Assembly (NCBI GenBank): GCA_965603825.1
Contig: CBFDEM010000056.1
Span: 682,001-746,000, forward strand
DNA: 64,000 bases
Direction: 5' to 3'
Origin: Blepharisma stoltei ATCC 30299
Lineage: Eukaryota > Protista > Ciliophora
Of this stretch, positions 24,908 through 35,792 are shown piece by piece. Every line of letters begins with the position of its first letter. Position 1 is the stretch's first letter. A program made the translations under genes and the position numbers. The notes under the pieces are model-generated. The model was not told where the DNA came from. It did no database searches and worked only from the letters and a program-made list of their open reading frames with translations.

Positions 24908-25807
24908 ATGTGTAAGTCAAGTTCTTATCAGTGTGGCAGAAATTCCTGTTTTTGAATTAATGCAACTATATTTTCTTTGTATGTGGTAGGCATATGTGTT
25001 TGAACAGGCATTTTCTTTGTAATTTACTATCCTTTTATTAAAATAGACTACAGAGAAGCTACATGTACAATCACTGACGTAACAACTTTTACTATAACTG
25101 CTACTACAGTAATAAGTTATCACAGTTATGGTCTAAACATCTATATAAGCAACTCGAGTTACAGAGCTTATGGCTGCGTTTCTGGCTCTGTTGAAACGAT
25201 GATATCAGCCACAGTGATGAGTTATTATTACCCTTATATGTATATTCCATGTGATGATAGCTATTATATTAACCCTGTTAAAAGCTGTTTAGACGATCAG
25301 CTATTTTTACCTTTATGGACATGTAAAAATGCATCAAATGCATATTTGACTGTAGGATCTTCTTTTACCTGCAAGTGGTGGCTAGCTGATAAAGATGGAG
25401 AAACTGACCCAGCAAAATCAGAAAGAATTACTTATCCGGGCGATGGTAATTCTTGAATTGAGGTGCTTTTCAAGGATCATATTTATATTCCCACTGACGA
25501 TTACAATGCTTTATGGGCCATTCCTTTTACGCTTTTAATATGCATACCTTTGATTATAATAGTTTGGGTTAATTGTGGAACTTATTGTTGCGGATATTCT
25601 GAAGAATTCAGAAGGCTTTTCAGATATTGGGAAGCGAAATATATAAAATGTAAAAGAGCGAAAAAGCCATATGAATATGATGATATTAGTAAATATAAGA
25701 TGGATAAAACAATTTCAACAATTGCATTTCTTATGGCGCTCACGAAAGGTAAGCATGCTTCAAAATTTCCAAAATTATTAATAAAGAAAACAGCAAATTA
25801 CTTATAG
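24908..25807 (+). CDS. Uncharacterised two-TM Cys-loop membrane protein, copy 4
   Basis: 900 nt, MCKSSSYQC...FPKLLIKKTANYL-TAG. Confidence 0.88.
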
Positions 25808-25901
25808 CTACATAAATTATTATATTAATAATATTTATTCCTAAAATCGATTAATCAACTTCTATATAAATAATTCATTCCGCATATTTATAAAATTAAA
25901 A

Positions 25902-26603
25902 TTACAGAGGTAAGCACCTTGATTTTGATTTTTTAATAACAACTTGTCTATTACTATGAGCGACTCTTTCCATATCGATTCCTAGCCACTTTACAACTCG
26001 ATTATCATTCATAACCATCCTCTTATAAGAGTTTTTATCAATATACTTTCCATTCTCATCCTCATGGCACATTTCTGTTTTAATCAAGCTGTCGATAATT
26101 TGTGAGATCTGCTCCTGGCTCAATTGAAAAGAATTCACCTGAGAAATCGCAGAAACTAATAATTCTTTAATATCGCTAATATAAACTTTATCGTCTTCTT
26201 TTACATTGTACATTCTGAACGAAGCTTCAACCTGGTCTCTGTATTTTGATGCTAAAACAGAAGAAGCTGTCCCTTGAGATGTTCTAGGAGTTTCATGACT
26301 CTTTGAAATAAATGTGCTCAGTGCTAGTAAAAACTCTCGAAAATTTATAACTCTGTCTCCATTAGCATCAAATAATCGAAAAGCTCTGTCAGAAATAAGA
26401 GGTGAAACAGGCAGTTTTAAGCCGAGGCAAAATTCAGAGAAATCAATTACGCCATCATCAACTTCTGATTTGGAAACTTCATAAAATCGTTTGTAAAGCA
26501 TTTCAACTTCTTCGACTGTGAATAATGTTTGGCGTGAAAATTCTTGGACTTCTGATTGACGAAGCCTAGGGATTTTGCTCGTCTTGCTAGGTGCTGAGCC
26601 CAT
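25902..26603 (-). CDS. Calcineurin B-like (CBL-type) myristoylated EF-hand calcium sensor
   Basis: MGSAPS myristoylation motif; FT..EVE.LY..F; extended first loop SKSEVDDGVIDFSEF; DRAFRLFDANGDRVINFREF. Confidence 0.85.
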   Translation of the reverse strand: MGSAPSKTSKIPRLRQSEVQEFSRQTLFTVEEVEMLYKRFYEVSKSEVDDGVIDFSEFCLGLKLPVSPLISDRAFRLFDANGDRVINFREFLLALSTFISKSHETPRTSQGTASSVLASKYRDQVEASFRMYNVKEDDKVYISDIKELLVSAISQVNSFQLSQEQISQIIDSLIKTEMCHEDENGKYIDKNSYKRMVMNDNRVVKWLGIDMERVAHSNRQVVIKKSKSRCLPL

Positions 26604-27154
26604 ATTGAATATAGAATTAATTTAAATCCATCTAATCTAGCTTTTTAAAGTAATATTTATTCCATTACCAGCAATTAATCCAAATGTATATTACAATCAT
26701 AAATTCGTGAGTTTATTGAAGAAGTCTTCAAAGATAAATACAATAGCTATGCTCTAAGTGGCTAGTATCTATAAGATTTTACCTTGATTATTAGCCCTAT
26801 AATTAAAAAAGAGGAGTTGAATATATGAATACTATATGATCATAAAGATCAGCCCTTATCTTCATCTCAATTTATAAATTATTGATAAAAATACTAAGGT
26901 TAATGATAATACCCATGATTAGTCCCTATACCTTTATGTCGGTGAATCCAATGCTTAAGTTTATAATATTTTTTGAGCGATATTGGTAGAAAATTGCTAG
27001 CTTTATAAATATAATATAGTTAAAATAGATACAATCATTTTTTCTTTGTCTATCTAAAACCATATTTCGTAAAACATCGGCTAAAGTCGAGTGTATATTG
27101 ATATATTATAAGCATTTAACTAAAGTTAATCAAAAATTCCAATAAATAATTAAT

Positions 27155-27703
27155 CTATTTCTTTAAATTTGTCACATATGACAAATAAGAGTTCCAAAAA
27201 AGCGCAACGAAATTAACAAAAAGTACTTGGAAGTGCAAAGGGACAAAATTGAAATTGATAACCATCGCAAGTGGCCAAATTCTCCAGTTCATTTTGAGAG
27301 CTTCCCAGAAATCTTCTTTTATTTTAGTGACGCCTGCAGATAAACCTGCATTATTCATTAGTGGCACAGCGGTAAAAAAGGAACATATAACAAACGATGA
27401 GAAAAGAGTTTGGTCTAGAAAAACCTTTTTTACTGTCGAAACAACACCTTTTTGAGGGAATAATACTGCAAGAAGCCCATACCAGTTATGAAGAATCGGG
27501 CCTAGATAGAATCCTCCAAATAAGCTGAGCTTTAGATATCTGGTGAAATCAAAATTTTGTATAAAAGGCCTATTATGAATCTTGCTTTCTATATACTGGC
27601 TTAAAGCATCTCCTAATCCTACAGTGCAAAATGTTGAGATTGACTTAGTAAGCAATGGCCGAGCGTTCAAGCTTCGATTGTAAAAGCTTAGAAACTTCGC
27701 CAT
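27155..27703 (-). CDS. Mpv17/PMP22 family membrane protein
   Basis: RPLLTKS, GDALSQ, KKVFLDQ and NWRIWP...INFNFVP motifs. Confidence 0.93.
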   Translation of the reverse strand: MAKFLSFYNRSLNARPLLTKSISTFCTVGLGDALSQYIESKIHNRPFIQNFDFTRYLKLSLFGGFYLGPILHNWYGLLAVLFPQKGVVSTVKKVFLDQTLFSSFVICSFFTAVPLMNNAGLSAGVTKIKEDFWEALKMNWRIWPLAMVINFNFVPLHFQVLFVNFVALFWNSYLSYVTNLKK

Positions 27704-27757
27704 TTACTTAAAATTATCAAACATATCACATTAGGAATTAAATTAATTAATTTGGAC

Positions 27758-28309
27758 TTATTTCTTATAGTTCGATAAGTAGGACAAATACGCGTTCCAA
27801 AATACAGCTACAAAGTTGACGAAGATAACTTGAGTATGCAGAGGAATAATTGAAAAATTAATCAACATCACTGGAGGCCAAATTTTCCAGTTTACAACAA
27901 GAGCTTCCCAGTAGTCTTTTTTAATTTTTTCTTGAGCTTGTTGCAGAGTGCCACCATTGAATAAGGTTGCAGCTGTAAAGAAAGACCAAATACACCAAGA
28001 GCAAAAAAATGTTTGGTCAAGTGACAACTTCTTAATAGTTGACAAAGTGCCAGGGGCTGGAAAAGTTTTTGCTAAAAACCCATACCAGCCATGCAGAAGT
28101 GGTGCTAAATAAAAGGCTCCATAACAGCTCAGTTTAAAGCATCTTTTATGATCAAAATTTTGAAGGAATGACTTGCTTTGAAGCCTGCTTTCAATATATT
28201 GGCTTACAGCATCACCAGCTCCAATGATGAAGAAGGTGGAAATTGACTTTGTTATCAAAGGACGAGAGTTAAGGGCACGGTTATAAGCTGCGATAAGCTG
28301 AATCACCAT
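27758..28309 (-). CDS. Mpv17/PMP22 family membrane protein (tandem paralog)
   Basis: RPLITKS, GDAVSQ, KLSLDQ and NWKIWP...INFSIIP motifs. Confidence 0.93.
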   Translation of the reverse strand: MVIQLIAAYNRALNSRPLITKSISTFFIIGAGDAVSQYIESRLQSKSFLQNFDHKRCFKLSCYGAFYLAPLLHGWYGFLAKTFPAPGTLSTIKKLSLDQTFFCSWCIWSFFTAATLFNGGTLQQAQEKIKKDYWEALVVNWKIWPPVMLINFSIIPLHTQVIFVNFVAVFWNAYLSYLSNYKK

Positions 28310-28392
28310 TTATATAGAAACTAATAGGACAAGGATATTTATTCACCTATAAGCTAAAAGACTCACAAAGCATAAAATAGAAGACTTGTTTA

Positions 28393-29577
28393 CTAGACAA
28401 AGTTTTCCATTTCATTATAATTTTTTAAGTATTCGCTTGAATTACAATACTGGGGATATACACAGCTATCAAATTGAGAAATAATATAATCCTCAACATC
28501 TCTAAATAGCTCAGAATTCACATCTTCGTTGCTTTCTCTTGAAAAAATTATTGATGCTTTTATCCCCTTCACCACCGCTGCTGGCAATATTGATTGATTT
28601 TGAAAGAAATGATTATAAATATCTTGTGCTCTTAGTGCTGTATTATTGATTTTAAAGACGTTTATTGAAACTAATAAATTTAGATAATAAAGCCAAACAT
28701 TGTTCTTTGACTTTATTATGAAATTTCTGAAAGTTTCATAGAGGTGGAAATTTTCAAGGACCATTCGTGAATCTTTAAGGTTTGGCAGAGGGATTATTGA
28801 TCGCTTTGTACTTTCCTTATTAGTAATTAAGATAGTGACAAGCATGGTGAGCAAATTTCTTATTGGCATAATGCAAATATAAAAGACATCTATTTTCATT
28901 CAGGGAAAAGTGAATCCCAGAGATCATATCAAAAGATATATAAACAATTCAGTCTTCATAAGTCCAACATTACTCGCCTTTCTAATTCTCCAAATATAGA
29001 TTGCATAGAAAATTTCTTCACTGACAACGTCAGCGAGCCACATATACATATAATAATACTTTAGCTTCTTTTTGAGGTCCCTGCTCAGGGAATTTGAATG
29101 ATTATATCCGAATTGAACTGAAAAAAGCACAACAAATATAGAAGACAAAGTAAGAGTATAAATAATTATGACTTTTAAGTTCCAGCGGTCTGTAAGTCTT
29201 ACTTTTCTATTTAATAGTTTTTCGTAATTGCTTATATCGCCTGACCTGATTTGATAGATCAACCGCAGACGATATACTTTTAAGATGGTCGTGATATATA
29301 AAGCGTGCCTGGACAAGCAATAAAGCACCATAATAGGAAAACCTATTGGCATATCTCTTTCTTCTCCCATAGTAAAAAGACACCCCAGCAAAATTGATGA
29401 AATTGTGTGTGTATAGCTTAATACAATTGATAGTAATAAAATCACTGGAGACTTCGCAAAGAGTTCCTGGTACTCCCTTCTTCTGTATACATAAACTCAA
29501 GCTACTGAGTATGCTATGGATAATATAATAAACAGAATTGGTAATATGATCGTAGTTGGCAAATATTTTGATTCCAT
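28393..29577 (-). CDS. 7TM-RGS fusion protein (GPCR-like domain plus RGS-like domain)
   Basis: 1185-nt frame from MESKYLP through three TGA=Trp (one in TM1, 28924, 28900); seven hydrophobic segments; C-terminal FRNF...AQDIYNHF...LFRDVEDYI...VYPQYCNS RGS-like pattern. Confidence 0.75.
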
Positions 29578-29784
29578 TATTGTCGAAAAATTGGCAAATG
29601 AGCGATTTTTTAGAAAATGGAATTAATTGATTATAAGTTTTTGGCAAAGCCGGTTTTATTCAAAATTCTAAATATTATGCTAAATTTAAGTTTTTTTATA
29701 TAAAAATACTTTAGATTTCAAAGAGCTTACAAGAAACTTATTTCTATTAATGAAATTTGTATTGAAACGAAAAGATAAATAACA

Positions 29785-30921
29785 ATGGAAGAACAACTTG
29801 AGTAAGTTCTATCTAGATTTGACGAAGAAATTACTGAAACTCATTTGAAAAAGTTCAAAGCATGCTCTACAAACTTTGTTGGCTCTAGAGGAAAATTTAA
29901 TAATTTCCTTTCAAATATTGTATTTGAAGAAGAGCCATCAGCCCCATGAAGACCTCCACAACCAACCCCTTTAGATAATTCCAAATCAAAAATACAAGGC
30001 TCCTTATTTCATCAGAGTAATAATGGCACAAAATCACTTTTCAAAATTGAAATTCCTCAAAACAATAGTTTAAGTGACGGGAAGAATTTGAAAATTGAGA
30101 GCAAATCTTTAACGACAAGAAGTGAGTCTAATAGAGAATATGAGAATGCAGCTAAAAATATAACTAAAAGGTATGCATTTCCAAAAGAAAGTGGAATTAA
30201 TGAAAAAATAAGTAAAAACCCGTTTACTGAGCTGAATAGCAAGAAAAAAGAAGCATTAATAGATAATAAGAAAGAGACAGGATTGATAAAAAAGTTAGGC
30301 GACATAGATAAGGCTGCAAAATTGCAGAAAACTCAAGAAAATTCTTGGCAAAAAGCATACTTAGAAAATCCAATAAGCAAAAATAAAAACAAAAATGAAA
30401 ATGGCGGCCCTAAGATTTCCCATAGATCCCATAACTCAGATTCTGATGTTTTAGCTAAAATTTTCAAATCAATTGACAGTATGAAGTCTTCAGAGTTTTC
30501 GATCCAAAAGCCAATCTTTAACCAGCAAGCAATTTTACCTTTCGAGCCTTTCTCTTCTCCAAAAACCATACTTATCCCAGGCATAAAAACCCATGAAAAA
30601 TCAAAACTTGACATAAAAGCTCAAGAAGCATTATTGTCTAGACTATATCAAACTCCCAGAAATTGCAGAAGTGAAATGACATCTCCAACCCTGACGAGCT
30701 CTTCTAGAGCTACACCTAAAAGATCACTCACAAATAACAATAGCCCAGAAGTAGCCAGAACGAAAATCAAAGATGATGGGCACAGATCTCCAATTAAATT
30801 AAGAAATAACCATAAAAGTAGTGGAAGTTTAACTGATAGAGCAGCAAGGCCGCATTTAGAGTCAAAAATGAGCAAAGCGCCCAGGGTTAAGCAAAAATAT
30901 TTGGACCTTAAAAATAAATAG
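29785..30921 (+). CDS. Hypothetical basic, Ser-rich protein (2 exons)
   Basis: ATG 29785, 15-nt intron 29802-29816, TGA=Trp at 29947, continuing into track ORF 30088-30921 (TAG). Confidence 0.75.
29802..29816 (+). other. 15-nt spliceosomal intron
   Basis: gtaagttctatctag; A at -6; splicing removes an in-frame TAA. Confidence 0.8.
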
Positions 30922-31179
30922 AATATAAAATTGATGTTTAAGCATCATTAAATGAATTGTATCTACTTTAATATGATGAAATGTTAAACTTTTTTTTAAT
31001 TTTTAATTTATAGTCTTAGTAGCTATTGTCATAGTTTATGGATGATTGTATTGATAAAATTATGATATGATAAAATTTATATATTTTAATTTAATTGATT
31101 ATCATTAAAATGCTATTGAATAATTATAAATTAAGCAAAAATTAAATGAGGCATTACCTTCCATTTATGTATAAACTTA

Positions 31180-32070
31180 ATGAACATGGAAAATCTGATC
31201 AGAAACCCCTCCGAATTAATGAAAAATGCCCAAGGTGAGATGAGAAATTTGGAATTAGAGCTTCAATATGGTCATATTGGTCGCTATGAGCAAGATTTGA
31301 TTAGAAATATTGATCCTAAAAATATTCATTTTAGTATAGCTGGTGATTTATCGCTGAACCAAGTCTTGAAATATATTGAAACAACAGGCTATTCCATCTC
31401 CGGATCCATGATTTCTTATTACTCATATGAAAAAGATATTCATATCTTTGTGGGCCACTACCCTTTAACCCATGATGTGCAAATCTCTCAAAATAACCTA
31501 AGAAACCACACGCTCAAACTGAAGTGCAGATATGTAAATCCAACTGAAAATTCAAATGAAGAAGCTGGGATTGATGATGACGAAGCTTCAGAGAAAGGAG
31601 AGCAAGGCTCAAGACGCACCAAAGAAAGAAAAATTGGTTATATCATTGAAAAGGTTGCAAGATGAAGAAATTTATATAATGGAACAATTAACTCCAGAGG
31701 AGAAAATGTTAGGCTCACTCTGGAAGAAGCTGCTGTACAAGTCGGAATTTCAAAAAAATCGCTTGATGATTATTTACTTCAACTTAGATTTGGAAGAAAG
31801 TTTGGGTTCAATTTTGAAGAGCATAAAGGCGATAAAGTAGGATTGCTAAGGGCCTATGTAAAAAAATTCAAACAAATTCAGTCAGAAATTGCAAAACTGG
31901 GACCAGGAGACCAGCTTTCAAAAGAAAGCTTGGAACTATTAAATCAAAAAGGAACGTTAGCTTGTAAAAGTCGCAAGTGCTGTGTGCCACCTCCAGGAGT
32001 GCTGAAGCTTCCTCTTCAAGCTCATGGACCTCAAGTTGACAATGAGTTTTTGAAATATGTCAATCAATAG
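31180..32070 (+). CDS. Ciliate-type helix-turn-helix putative transcription factor
   Basis: RTKERKIGYIIEKVAR[TGA 31663]RNLYNG...LEEAAVQVGISKKSLDDYLLQLRFGRKFGFNF; ends TAG. Confidence 0.8.
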
Positions 32071-32374
32071 AGTAATTATTTTATTCACCAATTTAGTTTT
32101 AAATAGCACTCTTCCATGATGCATTAAACTATTTAAGTTGTTTGAGATGAATTGCGGTATGGAGAGGCAAAAGCATGGCACAATTCTAGGAATAATCATA
32201 TATTGAGGTTTTTAGCTTCTTCCAAATTTGAACGATGAATATCAATTTCATAATTTTAATGCATTTTTTATTATTTTAAGTAAGTTTGAAAGCTCTGTTT
32301 AGCTCAAACAAATCTATAAAAATGGTATTTGAAATATCAATTTAAGAGCTAATAATAATATCTTACATTATAGA

Positions 32375-32965
32375 ATGACAGAAGAGTGTGAACATATAGA
32401 TTTCTCAAAGATGAAAAAGAAAAGAAAGCCCAAGCTGATTGCTGGCACAACAGATTCCATCCAGCTACAAAATGAAATAAAATATAATGAAATGCTCGAT
32501 CAAATCTTTTCCAATTTGAAAACACATAGAGGAGGCAACTTAAAAACAAATAGCCAAAAGATAATTATTAAGGGGCCAGAAATACAAAAGATCGGGACAA
32601 AAAAGACTGCTATAGTTAATTTTCTAGAAATTTGCGATACGCTCAGAAGACCATCAGATCATGTTTCTGAATTTTTTTTCCAAGAATTTGGAAATGAAGG
32701 CAGCATTTCCCAAAATATACTAATAATAAAAGGAAGATATACTGAAAGTCAAATTGAAGTGATCCTAAAGAAATATATCACAGAATATGTTCTTTGCCAA
32801 ATGTGTAGAAGCATGCAGACTAATTTGGTTAGGGATCCAAGCATAAGAACGTTTATGCTGAAATGCGAAAAATGTGAGTGCATAAGAAGTGTTCAGCCTC
32901 TACACAAATTTTACCATCATTCTCTCAAAGCGGATAGAAAGAAAGCAAAGATGGCAGAACATTAA
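32375..32965 (+). CDS. eIF2-beta-like translation initiation factor subunit
   Basis: Lys box KKKRK, GTKKT..NF.EIC..L.R..DHV, KGR, and C4 zinc ribbon YVLCQMC...CEKC. Confidence 0.88.
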   Translation: MTEECEHIDFSKMKKKRKPKLIAGTTDSIQLQNEIKYNEMLDQIFSNLKTHRGGNLKTNSQKIIIKGPEIQKIGTKKTAIVNFLEICDTLRRPSDHVSEFFFQEFGNEGSISQNILIIKGRYTESQIEVILKKYITEYVLCQMCRSMQTNLVRDPSIRTFMLKCEKCECIRSVQPLHKFYHHSLKADRKKAKMAEH

Positions 32966-33021
32966 TGCTAATCTTGTAAAGTAATAATAATATGTACTAT
33001 ATTATTTTTTTATAATTGCGT

Positions 33022-35088
33022 CTATTCTTCTTCCTCGCTAATTTCGTCTTCTTTAGCAAAAAAACTGTTTCTTGTTTCCTCATATATTTTTAGTATCTTA
33101 CTCGTATTTTCTGCGACTTCATAAGATTTAGACAGCTTAAACTTCATTAAATCAAACCCTATTATGCTGCCCTTTAAATCATAGTCCTTATTTACTTCAC
33201 AGTATGGATTAGTTCTAGAAAAATGAGTAAGCAAAATCCTTCAAGCATTCATTTTTTTTCCAACTTTAATTGCTTCCCCAACTGTAGAATGAAAATATTT
33301 CTGAGCTTTTAATAAATCTTTATCAATAAAAGTAGCTTCATGAATTAATAAAGTCGCGTCTTTTCCTTCATTTACCAAATCCTCACAAGGTCTTGTATCT
33401 CCACTATAAACTATTTTTCAGCCGCTTTCATGAATGATAATAATTCCATGAGATTTTGTGTTGTGAATTGTAGGGACAAATTTGATTAATTTTATTCCTG
33501 GAATACGTGGAGTGTGTAATGATGAGTAGAAATTATAATTAAACGGAGCAAAAATTGTTTTAAAAGTTTCTAAATCGTATTGAAATTTGCCATGCGCCAC
33601 AATATTTAATGGCTCTGAAGTAAGTTTTGATCTTTCATGGACTAATTTAGCTATCCCACTATGATGATCTTCATGCAAGTGAGAAATAAAAATGGTTTTT
33701 ATTTTAACTAAAGCTTTGTCAATATTGTCGCCGAAATGTCTGCATAATTGGCCATAAGTACCTTCACCACAGTCAAATAAAAAGCTTGAGCCAAAATCTC
33801 CAACCCAAATGCTGCTTACACTTCTGAACTGGTCTGGTTTGGCAGATGAGGTCCCTAATATGAGAATGGAGGGATCTGAGCCTTTTATTTTAGTATTTAC
33901 AACACTACTATATGGTATATTATTGATTCTATTTTCATCAGGAAGCGCAATTTTTTCCGCTTTATCATGCATTTTTTGAATATTTAAAGGGTTGATGGAT
34001 TCAGACATTTCAATGTTTCCTTTAACTCCAGGAGGATTCAAGTGTATTCTCAACCCAGATTTTGGGATAAGCAAATTTTTGAACTGAAATTTTAGAAAGT
34101 CAGCGTGATCTGAATCTATAGCAGGATACATATTCGTTGAGCATTTGAAATATTTTGGAAACACTTTTTGCAACTTAATAAGTAAATCATCAGAATATGA
34201 GTAAATAGGAGATATTAGTGTATTTTTTAATGAATGGGAGATATTTTCATTAAAAACTACATTGCTTATATGAGGAGGCAAAGTATCTAAAAATTTATGG
34301 TAGTCGGAGTGTAGGAGTACTGGTGTTGGAGACATATGAAAAATGTAATCAAAATCGTTTTCTTGATTAAAATAGCTGGAAATAGTTTTGGAAACTTCAG
34401 AAAGCAAATACTTTGTAGAAGGCATATAAATCACTCCAAAAACTTGGGATTTCGTAGGAGGCCCCAAGACATCGTCTGGATAAATGACTTTTCCATTATC
34501 AAGTGTAATCGAATTTCCTTTTACAAGCTTCGCATAAAGCTTACCTCGAGGAATTCCTAATTCTTCAGCTTTTTCTACTAAAAATTTTCTAGCTTGCTTT
34601 TTGCATTGCACAATATAACTTGCACATGAATCTTCAGCAAATTCCAATCTTTTGCTTTCAGAGGAATAAAAAGTATAATATTTTCCAGAATTAAAGGAAA
34701 GAGCCTTTACCTTGATATTATCATCAATATAGGAATCTTCGACCTCTTTTCCTAATTCTTGATTTCCATATTCAATAACATCAAACTTAGTATTCCTAAA
34801 AATGTCAGCAATTGCTTTTATGCCGACTGGTCCATGAATTCTTCTTTTGAATGTTTGTTTACTATCTAAAACTAAATGAGAAATAAGCCCTCGCAATGAT
34901 GATACAGCATCCAAATTAATTCCAGTCACAAAAACATCTTTAATGTTATTTCTGAAATTTGAGTGCGCTAAGGACCGAGGTAAATTTTGACCACAATTAA
35001 AAATATACTTCTGTCTTTCAAAGGCCAACATCAACGATGGACTTGTTAGCTTAGAATGAACGCCTAATATCTCAATGTGGCATTTCAT
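33022..35088 (-). CDS. RNase Z long form (ELAC2/Trz1-like)
   Basis: YIFNCG, LGIPRG exosite, LGTSSA.P, DCGEGT, SHLHEDH, YSGDTRP, LIHEATF, LTHFS; TGA=Trp at 33418 and 33241. Confidence 0.92.
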
Positions 35089-35299
35089 TATAATTTAAGA
35101 AAAATGGCAATATATCTTAGATATCGCGAAATATGATAAGCGTTTGAAATTAATACTTTGCTGAATTATTCAGAATTATACGAATATAATGTTTTAATTA
35201 AAATAATGTCCCTCTAAATGAATAAGCATAAGCGCAAGCATGATCAATAAAATAATATAAATAAATTTTTATATACTTTTTATAATTTAAAATATTAAA

Positions 35300-35758
35300 A
35301 TGTCTCAGAAAAGACCTGTAGATATTGAGCTAAAGCCAATGTCTTCTAGAACATACCCAGATGAGCCTCCATCTCCTGAACACACAATAATTGAAGAAAC
35401 AAAATCGCCAACCCCTATTTATACACCTCCCCCGCCTCCTCCTATTTTTAATCAGCCTAATCCTCTAAATCCAGCTCCCCGTCCCCAATCCCAAACATTT
35501 ACTCCACAAATGCAATTTCCTCCTAATAACTTTTCAGGTCAGCAAGGCACAATTAAATGCGCAACTTGCAGCTTAGCAATGGCCTTTCCAATTGAAGCTT
35601 ATTTTGTAACATGTCCAGCATGCAGAAATGTGACTGCAACTAAACACTTAATTCCAATGGTCTGCACTTACTGCCAGGTACGCAGCTATTTCCCAATGGA
35701 GGCTGAAACGGTGAGATGCCCATGTGGAGCGATTTATTCAAATCCTTATAGAAGATAA
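35300..35758 (+). CDS. Proline-rich protein with two LSD1-like zinc ribbons
   Basis: CATC...FP..A..V.CPAC and CTYC...FP..A..V.CPC. Confidence 0.75.
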   Translation: MSQKRPVDIELKPMSSRTYPDEPPSPEHTIIEETKSPTPIYTPPPPPPIFNQPNPLNPAPRPQSQTFTPQMQFPPNNFSGQQGTIKCATCSLAMAFPIEAYFVTCPACRNVTATKHLIPMVCTYCQVRSYFPMEAETVRCPCGAIYSNPYRR

Positions 35759-35792
35759 CTAATTTTGCTGAAATTAAAATTTTTTATATGAA

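Noticed and set aside
15065-25807. Fragmented ORFs read as pseudogenes
   Set aside because: Every interruption is an in-frame TGA, typically at a Trp column, with no frameshifts or internal TAA/TAG, and gene lengths are conserved.
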